64,000 nucleotides of DNA from Actinomycetota bacterium (GTDB taxonomy: Bacteria; Actinomycetota; Actinomycetes; S36-B12; UBA5976), in contig RGDC01000001.1 of NCBI GenBank assembly GCA_009918005.1, positions 21,899-85,898 of the forward strand, read 5' to 3'. The translations under genes and the position numbers were made by a program. Positions 10,070 through 20,529 of the stretch are shown here, one piece after another. Each line of letters starts with the position of its first letter. Position 1 is the stretch's first letter. The notes beneath the pieces were generated by a model, which saw only the letters and a program-made list of their open reading frames with translations, was not told the DNA's origin and did no database searches.

Positions 10070-10962
10070 AGACTGAAGCCACCCTTAATTAGATCTTCCC
10101 GAAGTACTCGCCTTTGGTCGGCTGTGGCTGGCACCAATGGCAAGCGAAGTGCTCCGCCACCTGTTCTACCAAGTTGGTCAAGTGCGGCTTTCACCATGAT
10201 TGCTCCACCTGCCTTAGTCATGATTCCTTCAGTGATTGGAACTAGCGAACGATTAATTTCACGAGCAGTCTTCACATCGTTGTTTTGCATAGCTTCAACC
10301 ATCAACTTATGGCGATCTGCAACGATGTGTCCAGTAACGCTAACAACACCGACGGCACCAACTGCAAGTAGCGCAAGGTTTAGTGGATCATCACCTGAAT
10401 AGTAAGCAAGATCAGATTGCGCCATAATCTGCGAGGCAGCCCAAAGATCACCCTTGGCATCCTTGTTCGCAATGATTTTCGGGTGCTGAGACAACTGCAA
10501 CATCGTCTCGTTGCTTATAGCCACTCCAGAGCGACCAGGAATGTCATAGATCATCACTGGTAGATCCGTTGAGTCTGCCACGGCAACCATGTGAGCATAG
10601 ATTCCTGCTTGTGGTGGTTTGTTGTAGTAAGGAGTAACTACAAGTAGTCCGTGAGCTCCCGCTTTTTGCGCATCTTTTGCTAACAGAACTGAATGCGCTG
10701 TGTCATTAGATCCAGCGCCGGCGACTACTTTTGCTCGGCCACCAACTGCTTCGATGACTACTTTGAGCAATTCGAGTTTTTCGTGCTCATCTGTGGTTGG
10801 TGATTCACCAGTTGTGCCATTAACAACCAAGCCGTTGTTGCCTAAATCAACCAAATCATTCGCCAGCTTTGCTGCCGCTTCAAAATCAATCTTGGTTCCA
10901 TCCGAAGCAAACGGCGTGACCATTGCCGTCAAAACCGTGCCAAATGCGGATTCAGCTTTCAC
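10066..10962 (-). CDS. dapA: 4-hydroxy-tetrahydrodipicolinate synthase
   Basis: 'VVNGTTGESPTT', 'VTPYYNKP' and the active-site Lys region 'ANKDAKGD'. Conserved thyX-dapA-rnj order. Confidence 0.95.
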   Translation of the reverse strand: MKAESAFGTVLTAMVTPFASDGTKIDFEAAAKLANDLVDLGNNGLVVNGTTGESPTTDEHEKLELLKVVIEAVGGRAKVVAGAGSNDTAHSVLLAKDAQKAGAHGLLVVTPYYNKPPQAGIYAHMVAVADSTDLPVMIYDIPGRSGVAISNETMLQLSQHPKIIANKDAKGDLWAASQIMAQSDLAYYSGDDPLNLALLAVGAVGVVSVTGHIVADRHKLMVEAMQNNDVKTAREINRSLVPITEGIMTKAGGAIMVKAALDQLGRTGGGALRLPLVPATADQRRVLREDLIKGGFSL

Positions 10963-10990
10963 AGTCTCACCTATTCACTTTCGAATTTCA

Positions 10991-11710
10991 CTACGGAGCT
11001 ACTCGACCATTAGCCACGAACGATGCGTGGGTAAGCGGCATGATTCGCTCAAACTCTAATTCATACTTTTCTGCAACCATTTCAATTTCGCGCTGTGGGA
11101 AAGATGGGAAGTGTGAACCTTCTGCTTTACGACGCAAACTCAAGAAATTCATAAGTGCTCGAGCATTCATAGTTACGTACGCAGAACTATAAATTGTGAC
11201 AGGTAAAACAATTCGAGCTACTTCGCGCGCAACTCCCGCTTCAAGCATCGCTTCATAAGACGCATAAGCAACTTCACACGCCTTCTTTGTCTCTGCTGTG
11301 ACAATGTCGAACTGCTCGGGCGTGCCATCAACAAATTCATATGCGCCAGCCTTACCAATCTGAATCAGTTTTCGCTCTTGCCCAGGTGTGTAGAAAATCG
11401 GTTCCAAAACTTTGTAGCGACCGGACTCTTCGTTATAACTAGCCATACGATGGCGGAAATGTTCCCGCCACATAAAGATTGGTGCTTGTACGAAGAAAGT
11501 GAAAACTGAGTGTTCGAATGGGCTGCCGTGACGATCACGCATTAGATAGTTGATTAGCCCCGCGGAGGCTGCCGAATCGGCGTTTACGTCGACCGCCGAC
11601 TGGTCACCTTTAGTTGAGACTCGGGCCGCCCAGAGAACGTCCGCGTCGCCTGCCGAATGCTTTACCAGCTCGACGGTGACGTCACTTCTGAAGGAGATCT
11701 CTTGGCCCAC
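10991..11710 (-). CDS. thyX: FAD-dependent thymidylate synthase ThyX
   Basis: ThyX motif 'RHRMASYNEESGRY' (RHRxxSxxxxSxR). Confidence 0.9.
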   Translation of the reverse strand: MGQEISFRSDVTVELVKHSAGDADVLWAARVSTKGDQSAVDVNADSAASAGLINYLMRDRHGSPFEHSVFTFFVQAPIFMWREHFRHRMASYNEESGRYKVLEPIFYTPGQERKLIQIGKAGAYEFVDGTPEQFDIVTAETKKACEVAYASYEAMLEAGVAREVARIVLPVTIYSSAYVTMNARALMNFLSLRRKAEGSHFPSFPQREIEMVAEKYELEFERIMPLTHASFVANGRVAP

Positions 11711-11740
11711 GAAACTAGACTAGCGGTGTGCCAGTACTAA

Positions 11741-12595
11741 CTAAGCAGTTGGTGCCGTAGATAATTCCGAGGTCTCAAGTGCCGGAGTTGCTGGGGCAAC
11801 CTTGTTTTTGAGTAAGAAGTAAAGCACCGTTACTGAGTAAGACACATATCCGATTACTTGAAGCGTTGTAGTTGTTGGCTTCAAATTAAACAAGCCTGCA
11901 ACCAGAGTTGCTAAAAATGTTCCTTCAACCAACACGCCACTAAGGTCTAGTAGCACGTTGTCCTCACCTGGTAACCAGCCAACTTCTTGGAATTCGTGAA
12001 TACCGTAAGAAAGTACGCCAGCAGCAACAAATACCAACAAAATGCTGGTGATTTTGAAGAACTTGGAAAGGTTGATTGTTGAAGTGGAACGATAAAAGAT
12101 CCAACCAACAACTACAGCCGTTGCAAGTCCGAGTACAAGTCCAACAACTGATGCGAAGCTATTTCCCGTGGCGTGCGCAGCCGCCCAGAAAAAGATGGCA
12201 GTCTCGGCACCTTCTCTTAGCACCGCTACAAATGCCATCGCCGCAACGGCAATTGCGCCACCAGAGACCGCAGCATTGTCGAGCTGATTGCGCAGATCAG
12301 AACTAATCGTTCTTGCGGAGCGCTTCATCCAAAAAATCATCCACGTCACGAATCCAACGGCCACAAAAGAAACAGTTCCGGCAAATATTGGTTCCAGAGT
12401 TTCAGACAGTTCTCCAGAAATGCTTTCCAAGGCAATTGCAATGAGGATGCTGGCTGCAACTGCCGCACCCACTCCGTACCAAACGAACTTGATCAACGGA
12501 TTGCGATTAGTCCGCACCAAATATGTAAGCAGAATGCTCACCACCAGAGCCGCTTCGATACCCTCGCGAAGACCAATCAAGTAATTGCTGAACAT
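11741..12595 (-). CDS. efeU: FTR1/EfeU-family high-affinity iron permease
   Basis: Two REGxE motifs, 'LREGIEAAL' and 'LREGAETAI', within a polytopic membrane protein. Confidence 0.8.
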   Translation of the reverse strand: MFSNYLIGLREGIEAALVVSILLTYLVRTNRNPLIKFVWYGVGAAVAASILIAIALESISGELSETLEPIFAGTVSFVAVGFVTWMIFWMKRSARTISSDLRNQLDNAAVSGGAIAVAAMAFVAVLREGAETAIFFWAAAHATGNSFASVVGLVLGLATAVVVGWIFYRSTSTINLSKFFKITSILLVFVAAGVLSYGIHEFQEVGWLPGEDNVLLDLSGVLVEGTFLATLVAGLFNLKPTTTTLQVIGYVSYSVTVLYFLLKNKVAPATPALETSELSTAPTA

Positions 12596-12629
12596 GTTGC
12601 AATCCGTTTCAGATCTGGATAGTCGCTAT

Positions 12630-12653
12630 TTATGCAACTATCTGGTTACATAA
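12630..12653. promoter_or_regulatory. Imperfect 24-bp palindrome upstream of efeU (candidate operator)
   Basis: TTATGCAACTAT|CTGGTTACATAA has 9 of 12 positions symmetric. It lies 35-58 nt upstream of the efeU ATG (12595). It does not match the IdeR, Fur or Zur consensus as I recall them. Confidence 0.2.
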
Positions 12654-12722
12654 ATCAGCCTACCTGCCACTTTGAATTCATGCAAAAGAAGGGTGGAGTT
12701 CGCTAGGACGAAATGAAAATCC

Positions 12723-13622
12723 CTAAATTGCCGCTTTCCTGGCCGAAACGATCCGTAATCTTTGGACCACTGAGATGCAGACAATTACGACGCTTGCCGC
12801 TATCAAAGTGGCGCCTGTGACAATTTCATTGAGCAAAATAGCCGACCAAAGCAGGGTTAGGAGTGGCTGGATTAATTGAACTTGAGATCCTTTAGCAACA
12901 CCCAGTTCAGCTAGTCCGCGATACCAAGCAAAAAATCCGAAGTACATGGAACCAAAAGCCGTAAAGAGAAATGCTAGGAATGGGATTACGGAAACTTCAT
13001 GGCTACTGCGTCCAAGCCAAAGTGATATCAAGAACCCCGGCATGGTAACGGGCAACATTAAAACCACGCACCAGGAAACAACCTGCCAACCCGGCATGTA
13101 GCGAGAAAGTATGGCACCTTCTGCGTACCCCATTGCTGCGGCTAAAACTGCACCAACCAAGTAGACGTTAGAAGTTAGACTTCCGCCCTCTTGGCCACCA
13201 CGAACTAAGGCGTAAACAACCAATGTCAAAGTGCCAACTAGAGCAGCTAGCCAAAAAGTTTTTGGAACATGTTCGTGCAATCGAAAGACTGCAAAAATTG
13301 CGGTAGCCAGTGGAAGTCCCGCCGTAATTACTGCTGCGTGCGCACTAGTAGTTTCCTGTAATGCGAGCGTGGTTAAAATCGGCCAACCAATCACGATTCC
13401 AGTTGCTGTTACCAAAATGGGTCTAATGTGTATGCGATCTGGGAAACCAACTCGGGAAACCAAAAGAAAGCCAACAGCTAGTAAGCCAGCCAGAGTTGCG
13501 CGACCAAAAGTCAAAGTCCACGGCGAGAATGCTGGCAACGCAAGCTTGACCATCGGCAGCGTGAACGAGAAAATCGTCACTCCCAAAAGGGCATACCCAA
13601 TTCCGCGATAATTGATGGCCAT
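12723..13622 (-). CDS. EamA/DMT-superfamily transporter
   Basis: About 10 hydrophobic segments arranged as two EamA-like halves. No more specific assignment is possible. Confidence 0.7.
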   Translation of the reverse strand: MAINYRGIGYALLGVTIFSFTLPMVKLALPAFSPWTLTFGRATLAGLLAVGFLLVSRVGFPDRIHIRPILVTATGIVIGWPILTTLALQETTSAHAAVITAGLPLATAIFAVFRLHEHVPKTFWLAALVGTLTLVVYALVRGGQEGGSLTSNVYLVGAVLAAAMGYAEGAILSRYMPGWQVVSWCVVLMLPVTMPGFLISLWLGRSSHEVSVIPFLAFLFTAFGSMYFGFFAWYRGLAELGVAKGSQVQLIQPLLTLLWSAILLNEIVTGATLIAASVVIVCISVVQRLRIVSARKAAI

Positions 13623-13656
13623 GAGGATAAGGCTAATGCGATAGGTTTAACGAACT

Positions 13657-14361
13657 ATGAATGCCGTCCTAACTGACTGGAATATTGCGCGGCGCCAAAT
13701 TGTCGGAAATGCTGTCAGCATCGGTTTTGCTGTAGCTATGTATGGCGTTTCGTTTGGGGCGTTAGGAACGACAACTGGACTAACCATCCCCCAGACCATG
13801 GCACTTTCACTTCTAATGTTTACTGGGGCAAGTCAATTCACAATTGTTAGCACTTTGGCTTCAGGTGGAACAGCGTTAACCGCGGTCATCGCATCTTGGT
13901 TGATGGGAACTCGAAATGCCGCATACTCAATGCGAATGACGCCAATCCTTAAAGCTTCTGGAGCCGGTCGCTTAGTCGCAGTTCAGTTAACTATTGATGA
14001 GTCAACAGCCATGGGATTAGCCCAAGATGAAACGGCCTTCGAGGGCCGAGCCTCACGTCTAGCCTTCTGGTCAACTGGGCTTTCGGTCTACCTGCTTTGG
14101 AATCTGGCGACCTTTATCGGCGCAATCAGCGTTTCAGCTATCGGTGATCCAAAATCATTTGGATTAGATGCTGCTATTGCCGCTGGACTATTTGCTTTAG
14201 TTTGGCCACAGATTAAATCTCGAACAGATTTGTCCGTGGCATTTGGTGGCGCATTAATCGCGCTGGCGCTAACTCCGATCGTCCCACCTGGCATTCCAGT
14301 ACTTGCGGCTGCACTGGTGTCTGTCATTGTGGGCTGGGCTACAAGTAGGCGATTGTCGTGA
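13657..14361 (+). CDS. azlC: AzlC-family branched-chain amino acid exporter subunit
   Basis: Polytopic membrane protein with an AzlC-like pattern ('FTGASQF'). It is followed by a small overlapping AzlD-like partner. Confidence 0.75.
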   Translation: MNAVLTDWNIARRQIVGNAVSIGFAVAMYGVSFGALGTTTGLTIPQTMALSLLMFTGASQFTIVSTLASGGTALTAVIASWLMGTRNAAYSMRMTPILKASGAGRLVAVQLTIDESTAMGLAQDETAFEGRASRLAFWSTGLSVYLLWNLATFIGAISVSAIGDPKSFGLDAAIAAGLFALVWPQIKSRTDLSVAFGGALIALALTPIVPPGIPVLAAALVSVIVGWATSRRLS

Positions 14362-14669
14362 TGTGGTTTGCAGTCCTCGCCGGCGCCGCTGGCTGTTATG
14401 CGCTCAAGTTTGTAGGCAGTGTTATTCCAGCGCATATTCTGGAACAGCCGACTGTGAAAAAGATTGTTTTGCTATTGCCAATTTCACTATTGAGCGCATT
14501 GGTGGCGGTTCAGACGTTTGCTACTAGTCAATCATTGGTAGTCGATGCCCGAGTTCCTGCGTTAGCCGCGGCCACTGTGGCACTTAGGTTTAAGACACCA
14601 TTTATTCTTGTTGTCTTAATTGCTGCTGCTACTGCTGCCGCACTTAGGTACTTTGGGTTAGCTGTCTAA
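14358..14669 (+). CDS. azlD: AzlD-family small membrane protein (exporter partner)
   Basis: 103-aa hydrophobic protein. Its GTG start overlaps the azlC TGA (GTGA), the usual azlCD arrangement. Confidence 0.65.
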   Translation: MMWFAVLAGAAGCYALKFVGSVIPAHILEQPTVKKIVLLLPISLLSALVAVQTFATSQSLVVDARVPALAAATVALRFKTPFILVVLIAAATAAALRYFGLAV

Positions 14670-15404
14670 GGCAAGTAGATTTTCTAGTCCGTAAGTAAGA
14701 CCTGGTGTTTGAGCTACTTTGCGAACTGCAATTAAAACACCTGGCATGAATGACTCACGGTCATATGAGTCATGCCGAATGCTCAAGGACTCTCCTGGAC
14801 CACCGAAAACAACTTCTTGGTGAGCAACTAAACCCTGAAGGCGAATACTGTGCACTGGTACGCCGGCAACATTTGCTCCTCTAGCTCCTGGCAGAACATC
14901 CGATGTGGCATCAGGCATTGCTGTCATTCCGGAGCGAGCCTGTGCAATCAGTTCCGCAGTTCGGCGCGCGGTTCCACTTGGTGCATCTGCCTTACGCGGA
15001 TGATGTAGTTCAATGATTTCGACACTTTCAAAATGTGGTGCGGCTTTTGCTGCGAATTGCATCATTAGTACCGCTGCAAGTCCAAAGTTTGGCGCAATCA
15101 CAACATTGGCTTTACTCGCGTCAAATTGCTTCGCAATTTTTGACAATTTCTCAGAGTCAAATCCAGTAGTTCCAACGACTGCGTGAATGTTGTGCTCAGC
15201 CAGAAACCTTAAGTTTGCCTCAACGGAACTTGGTGTGGTGAAGTCAACCACCACTTCTGCACCACTTGAAACTAGTTCAGAAAGGTCGTCATTTAGATCC
15301 AGGGCGGCCACTAATTCACAGTCATTAGTTGCTGTGACTGCAGTGCATACTGCCTGCCCCATACGTCCTTTAGCTCCAAGGACACCTACCTTAATCTTTG
15401 ACAT
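14658..15404 (-). CDS. dapB: 4-hydroxy-tetrahydrodipicolinate reductase
   Basis: N-terminal 'KVGVLGAKGRMG' dinucleotide fold, 'ELHHPRKADAPSGTA' substrate motif, 248 aa. Confidence 0.95.
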   Translation of the reverse strand: MSKIKVGVLGAKGRMGQAVCTAVTATNDCELVAALDLNDDLSELVSSGAEVVVDFTTPSSVEANLRFLAEHNIHAVVGTTGFDSEKLSKIAKQFDASKANVVIAPNFGLAAVLMMQFAAKAAPHFESVEIIELHHPRKADAPSGTARRTAELIAQARSGMTAMPDATSDVLPGARGANVAGVPVHSIRLQGLVAHQEVVFGGPGESLSIRHDSYDRESFMPGVLIAVRKVAQTPGLTYGLENLLALDS

Positions 15405-15407
15405 GTT

Positions 15408-16787
15408 TTACTCCGGTCCAACAACTGCAGTAAGGCGATCCTGCGACCATAGTTGATGCGCAAGTGAATGCACTTCCTCCAAAGTTACAGCGGAAACTCG
15501 ATCGAGAACCTCGGAAACAGATGGCACATAACCATTGTTCATCTCAGATCGGGCAATTCGGCTCATTCTTGAAGAAGTGTCTTCAAGCCCAAGGACCATT
15601 CCCCCACTAACTTGACCTTTAGCTTTGTTCAACTCCGCTTCGGTTATGCCATTGCGGGCGACATCATCAAGCACATTCGTAATAACTTCACGGACCTGGT
15701 CCAAGTTCTTTGGACTGCATCCGGCATAGACCCCAGCCATGCCAGCATCTTGAAACTGCTGACCAAAAGAGTAAACGGTATAAACAAGGCCGCGCTTTTC
15801 ACGTACTTCCTGAAACAGGCGGCTAGACATCCCACCGCCAAGCGCCGCGTTAAACACTGATTGAATGTACCGACGCTCATCAGCACGATCCAGACCTGGA
15901 ACTCCGACTACTAGATTTGCTTGCTCGGTAGCTTTGTCTTGTTTAACGAAGCCACCGGTCTGTAAAACCTTCGTTTTGTTCTTAACGGATACATGTGGAA
16001 CGGTATCGCCATCTAGGGCAAATCCCCCTTTGTTGAAGGCTTTGCGCACCAATTTCACAATCGCTGCATGATCCACATTTCCGGCAACTGCAACGATCAA
16101 ACGGTCTGGGGTGTAGTACTTCTTGTAAAAGCCATTTATTGAACGTCGTGATAGCGATGAAATGTTTTCAACAGTTCCAAGAATCGAACGACCAAGTGGC
16201 GCATCGCCAAACATCGCTTTGGAAAACTGTTCGTGCACCAAATCCGCTGGATCATCATCGCGCATCGCAATCTCTTCGAGCACAACTTGACGCTCTTGAT
16301 CAACATCAACAGATGTGATGGTTGCAGAAGTAATCATATCCACAAGGACATCAATTGCTTGCGGCACGCTCGTGTCAAGAACCCGAGTGTAAAAGCACGT
16401 GGCTTCCTTTGAAGTAAATGCATTCATCTCTCCACCAACGGCATCAATAGTTGATGAGATGTCTAGTGCACTTCGGTTCTTTGTACCCTTGAACAACAGG
16501 TGCTCCAGGTAATGTGCAGAGCCAGTTTGTGAGGCAACTTCATCACGAGATCCGATATTTACCCAAATGCCAATGGCGGCTGAGCGCACTGATGGCATTT
16601 GCTCGGTAATGATTCGAAGTCCGCCAGGTAAAACGGTTCGCTTTACTAAGCCGCCTTGTTCGGCAGTCAGCAACGTGCGAGTGGTCCCTGGGCGTTGTTC
16701 ATGCCCAAGGACCACTGCGGAGTTTCGTGATGTCACGGTTTTAGTCTTCGTCTCCAGCGTCATCTGCGCTTTCATCTGAACCTTCAA
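15408..16787 (-). CDS. M16-family zinc peptidase (PepR/pitrilysin-like)
   Basis: Inverted zinc motif '[11 protein letters not shown]' (HxxEH). Sits downstream of pnp like mycobacterial pepR. The TTG at 16787 overlaps pnp by 47 nt. In-frame ATGs at 16775 and 16763 are alternative starts. Confidence 0.85.
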   Translation of the reverse strand: MKVQMKAQMTLETKTKTVTSRNSAVVLGHEQRPGTTRTLLTAEQGGLVKRTVLPGGLRIITEQMPSVRSAAIGIWVNIGSRDEVASQTGSAHYLEHLLFKGTKNRSALDISSTIDAVGGEMNAFTSKEATCFYTRVLDTSVPQAIDVLVDMITSATITSVDVDQERQVVLEEIAMRDDDPADLVHEQFSKAMFGDAPLGRSILGTVENISSLSRRSINGFYKKYYTPDRLIVAVAGNVDHAAIVKLVRKAFNKGGFALDGDTVPHVSVKNKTKVLQTGGFVKQDKATEQANLVVGVPGLDRADERRYIQSVFNAALGGGMSSRLFQEVREKRGLVYTVYSFGQQFQDAGMAGVYAGCSPKNLDQVREVITNVLDDVARNGITEAELNKAKGQVSGGMVLGLEDTSSRMSRIARSEMNNGYVPSVSEVLDRVSAVTLEEVHSLAHQLWSQDRLTAVVGPE

Positions 16788-18957
16788 CTACTGGCACAAG
16801 CGAAAGCTTTCCACGTGGATCGATTTCTGCAATCTCAACGTGAACCTTGTCGCCAACCTTAAGAACATCTTCAACATTCTCAACGCGCTTACCACCGGAA
16901 AGTTTACGAAGCTGACTAATGTGTAGCAACCCATCCTTACCTGGTGAAAGCGATACGAAAGCGCCAAAGTTTGTTGTCTTAACAACGGTTCCCATGTAGC
17001 GCTCGCCTACTTCAGGCATTGTTGGGTTAGCAATGGCATTAACCTGGGCGCGAGCAGCATCGGCTGCTTCACCGTTAGTTGCGCCAATGTAAACCGTGCC
17101 GTCATCACCAATGGAAATATCAGCACCAGTTTCTTCTTGAATCTGGTTAATGATCTTGCCCTTTGGTCCGATAACTTCACCAATCTTGTCGATTGGAATC
17201 ATTACCGTGATGATGCGCGGTGCGTACTGCGACATTTCATCTGGTGTATCAATTGCTTCCAGCATTACGTCCAAGATTGCTAGACGAGCCTCGCGAGCCT
17301 GAGTTAAGGCGCCAGCCAAAACTGATGCTGGAATACCATCTAACTTGGTGTCAAGCTGAAGTGCCGTAACAAAGTCCTTAGTACCTGCAACCTTGAAGTC
17401 CATGTCGCCAAATGCATCTTCGGCGCCAAGAATGTCAGTTAGTGCAACGTACTCGGTCTTGCCATCGATTTCATCAGAAATAAGACCCATTGCAATTCCT
17501 GCAACTGGGGCTTGAAGTGGCACACCAGCATTTAGAAGTGAAAGCGTTGACGCACACACCGAACCCATCGAAGTGGAACCATTTGAACCTAATGCTTCCG
17601 AAACCTGACGGATTGCATACGGGAAGTCCTGCTTTGAAGGCAGAACTGGAACAAGTGCACGTTCCGCAAGTGCACCGTGACCGATTTCACGACGCTTTGG
17701 GCTGCCTACACGTCCTGTCTCACCAGTTGAGTAAGGCGGGAAGTTGTAGTTATGCATGTAGTGCTTGCGAGTTACTGGGGACAAAGTATCTAGCTGTTGT
17801 TCCATCTTCATCATGTTCAGGGTTGTAACACCAAGAATCTGAGTCTCACCACGTTCGAACAATGCTGAACCGTGAACGCGAGGGATTACATCTACTTCAG
17901 CACTCAAGGAACGAATGTCGCGGAGTCCACGGCCATCAATACGAATCTTGTCCTTGATGACGCGCTTGCGAACTAGCTTCTTGGTTAGTGAGCGAAGGGC
18001 TGCACTAACTTCTTTTTCGCGACCTTCAAAGTTGCCGGCTACCTTTTCGATAGTTAGTTCCTTTACGCGGTCTAGTTCAGTTTCACGCTCTTGCTTGCCA
18101 GCGATAGTTAATGCCTTAGCTAGATCATCAGAAACTGCGGCTTCAACTGCTGCGAAAACATCAGCTTCGTAATCCAAGAAAACTGGGAACTCTGCGGTTT
18201 CTTTACCAGCAACATCAGCAAGTGCTGACTGGGCGCGGCATAGTTCTGCGATGAATGGCTTTGCAGCTTCTAGTCCTTCAGAAACCACTTCTTCAGATGG
18301 AGCTTTAGCGCCACCCTTAATTAGTGCGATTGTGTTTTCCGTGGCTTCAGCTTCAACCATCATGATTGCAACATCGTTACCTACAACACGACCAGCAACA
18401 ACCATGTCAAAGACTGCATCTTCAAGCTGACTGTGTGTTGGGAATGCAACCCACTGACCATTGATTAGTGCAACGCGAACGCCACCAATCGGTCCGGAGA
18501 ATGGCAAACCTGCAAGCTGTGTCGACATAGATGCAGCGTTGATCGCAATTACGTCATAAAGTACATCGGGATTGAGTGCCATTACGGTAACAACAACCTG
18601 AACTTCATTACGAAGTCCCTTAACGAATGATGGACGCAATGGACGATCAATTAGCCGACAAGTAAGGATGGCATCTTCGGTTGGACGACCTTCGCGACGG
18701 AAGAATGATCCTGGAATCCGGCCTGCTGCGTACATGCGCTCTTCGACATCCACGGTTAGTGGGAAGAAATCGAATTGATCCTTGGGTGACTTTCCGGCTG
18801 TTGTTGCAGATAGCAACATTGTGTCGTCATCCAAGTAAACAACGGCGGTGCCGTTTGCCTGACGTGCTAAACGTCCGGTTTCGAACTTAACTGTGCGCTT
18901 TCCGAATGACCCATTGTCAATCACAGCAACGCTGGTCTGTACTTCGTTACCCTCCAT
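16741..18957 (-). CDS. pnp: Polyribonucleotide nucleotidyltransferase (PNPase)
   Basis: Two RNase PH-like halves, KH '[21 protein letters not shown]' and S1 '[20 protein letters not shown]'. GGGAGG sits 8 nt upstream of the ATG at 18957. Confidence 0.97.
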   Translation of the reverse strand: MEGNEVQTSVAVIDNGSFGKRTVKFETGRLARQANGTAVVYLDDDTMLLSATTAGKSPKDQFDFFPLTVDVEERMYAAGRIPGSFFRREGRPTEDAILTCRLIDRPLRPSFVKGLRNEVQVVVTVMALNPDVLYDVIAINAASMSTQLAGLPFSGPIGGVRVALINGQWVAFPTHSQLEDAVFDMVVAGRVVGNDVAIMMVEAEATENTIALIKGGAKAPSEEVVSEGLEAAKPFIAELCRAQSALADVAGKETAEFPVFLDYEADVFAAVEAAVSDDLAKALTIAGKQERETELDRVKELTIEKVAGNFEGREKEVSAALRSLTKKLVRKRVIKDKIRIDGRGLRDIRSLSAEVDVIPRVHGSALFERGETQILGVTTLNMMKMEQQLDTLSPVTRKHYMHNYNFPPYSTGETGRVGSPKRREIGHGALAERALVPVLPSKQDFPYAIRQVSEALGSNGSTSMGSVCASTLSLLNAGVPLQAPVAGIAMGLISDEIDGKTEYVALTDILGAEDAFGDMDFKVAGTKDFVTALQLDTKLDGIPASVLAGALTQAREARLAILDVMLEAIDTPDEMSQYAPRIITVMIPIDKIGEVIGPKGKIINQIQEETGADISIGDDGTVYIGATNGEAADAARAQVNAIANPTMPEVGERYMGTVVKTTNFGAFVSLSPGKDGLLHISQLRKLSGGKRVENVEDVLKVGDKVHVEIAEIDPRGKLSLVPVVEGSDESADDAGDED

Positions 18958-18990
18958 GGGTAACCTCCCTCTTCATAAAGGGATAACACC

Positions 18991-19012
18991 GCACTTCAAA
19001 CGAGTGAAATGC
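18991..19012 (-). promoter_or_regulatory. Hairpin in the pnp 5' leader
   Basis: The minus-strand RNA GCAUUUCA-CUCGUU-UGAAGUGC forms 8 bp including one U-G pair, about 35-55 nt upstream of the pnp ATG. Confidence 0.3.
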
Positions 19013-19149
19013 ATTCAAATCACATGTCGATCTTCGATCGAGAAGCGCGGCTCACTGAGCCGAACTTCACTACCGAGGACCGACCAAACTGCTCGAATGT
19101 GCGTGCTATCCGCGGTTATCGCAATAATGCGAGTCTTGATTTTGTGCTT

Positions 19150-19176
19150 GCTGTGCCGACGAAATATCGGCACAGC
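19150..19176 (-). terminator. Perfect 10-bp hairpin 27 nt downstream of the rpsO stop (candidate rpsO terminator/attenuator, or processing site in the pnp leader)
   Basis: 'gctgtgccga-cgaaata-tcggcacagc'. On the transcript there is no U-tract after the stem, so it is not a classical intrinsic terminator. Confidence 0.4.
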
Positions 19177-19202
19177 TCACTTCCTAAGAAGCGCACGAAA
19201 AG

Positions 19203-19472
19203 TTATCTGCGGATACCGAGTTTTTCGATAATCGCGCGGTATCGATTGATGTCTGTCTTGGTTAAGTAATCAAGTAGACGACGACGTTGACCAACAAGCA
19301 GTAGCAAACCGCGACGGCTATGGTGATCGTGCTTATGAGTTTTTAAGTGTCCAGTTAGATCGTTGATGCGCTGTGTCATCAGTGCGATCTGGACTTCTGG
19401 GCTTCCGGTATCGCCAGGCTTAGTGCCGTGTTCTGCGATGATGGCCTGCTTTACTGCAGATTCCAATGGCAT
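19203..19472 (-). CDS. rpsO: 30S ribosomal protein S15
   Basis: '[57 protein letters not shown]' is S15. The ATG at 19472 is preceded by GAGGAA. The track ORF (to 19523) is 5'-extended. Confidence 0.95.
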   Translation of the reverse strand: MPLESAVKQAIIAEHGTKPGDTGSPEVQIALMTQRINDLTGHLKTHKHDHHSRRGLLLLVGQRRRLLDYLTKTDINRYRAIIEKLGIRR

Positions 19473-19608
19473 AGATTTTTCCTCTCGGGCGCGAACAGAT
19501 CCGTAGATCTTTAGATGTGACACGAGATGTGGGGCGCCCGCCCCTCATTCGTCTGTGTTGTAAGGCTAACAGTTAGGGGTGCTTCCAGCGAAATCGTGAG
19601 ATTGAGCC

Positions 19609-20529
19609 CTAATTGAAGTACTTTTCTAGGTCTGACTTTGCCTTAGATACGTCACGATCCATCGCCGCAAGCAGTTCTGGGATTCCGGCAAAGCTTTCCA
19701 TATCCCGAATGTGTGAAACAAAGTCTAGGTCGACAATTTTTCCATAAAGGTCTAGGCCAGTCTGGTCGATTACGTAGGCTTCGACTCTGCGGTTAGTCAC
19801 ATCGTTAAATGTTGGGTTGGTCCCTACGCTGATCGCTGATTTATGTGCCACACCGTCGATCCAGAGTATTCCTGAGTAAACGCCATCTGCCGGAATTAGA
19901 AGTCCTCCTTGGACATCTATGTTTGCAGTTGGATAGCCGATCTCACGTCCTCGGTGATCACCATGAACAACTTCACCAGTGACACGATGTGGGCGCCCGA
20001 GTAAACCATTAGCACCTTCAACGTGGCCCTTCAGAATTGCATTTCGAATTCGCGTTGATGACCAAGCGTTTGCATCACCTACGAGATCTACGATGCGCAC
20101 TTCGAATTCAAACTTCTTTGCCATCTGTTGCAGAGTTTCTACTGTCCCACTTGCACCATGACCAAATCGAAAGTTTCGACCAACAATTACCACTTGGGCA
20201 TTTAAGGCACCAAGCAAAATGTCTTCCACAAACTCATCACTCGACATGTGCGCCATCGCATCGGTGAATTTCAAAGTCTCTACGTGATCAACGCCATTTT
20301 CCATTAGTAGCCCCGCTCGGCGCTCTGGAAGTGTTAGCAAACCCGCAAATGAATCAGGGTGTAAGAATGCCTTAGGTGGCGGATCGAAAGTTGCAGCAGT
20401 CAGAGTTCCGTTGATGCTTGAAGCGATACTTTTTGCGATACCGAGTACCTGTCGATGGCCAGCATGGACTCCGTCAAAAACACCAATGGTGACGACGACC
20501 GGAACTTTAGAACGATTCATTAGTTGCAA
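19609..20529 (-). CDS. ribF: Bifunctional riboflavin kinase / FMN adenylyltransferase
   Basis: 'IGVFDGVHAGH' FAD-synthetase motif and the C-terminal kinase motif 'REIGYPTANI'. Confidence 0.95.
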   Translation of the reverse strand: MQLMNRSKVPVVVTIGVFDGVHAGHRQVLGIAKSIASSINGTLTAATFDPPPKAFLHPDSFAGLLTLPERRAGLLMENGVDHVETLKFTDAMAHMSSDEFVEDILLGALNAQVVIVGRNFRFGHGASGTVETLQQMAKKFEFEVRIVDLVGDANAWSSTRIRNAILKGHVEGANGLLGRPHRVTGEVVHGDHRGREIGYPTANIDVQGGLLIPADGVYSGILWIDGVAHKSAISVGTNPTFNDVTNRRVEAYVIDQTGLDLYGKIVDLDFVSHIRDMESFAGIPELLAAMDRDVSKAKSDLEKYFN

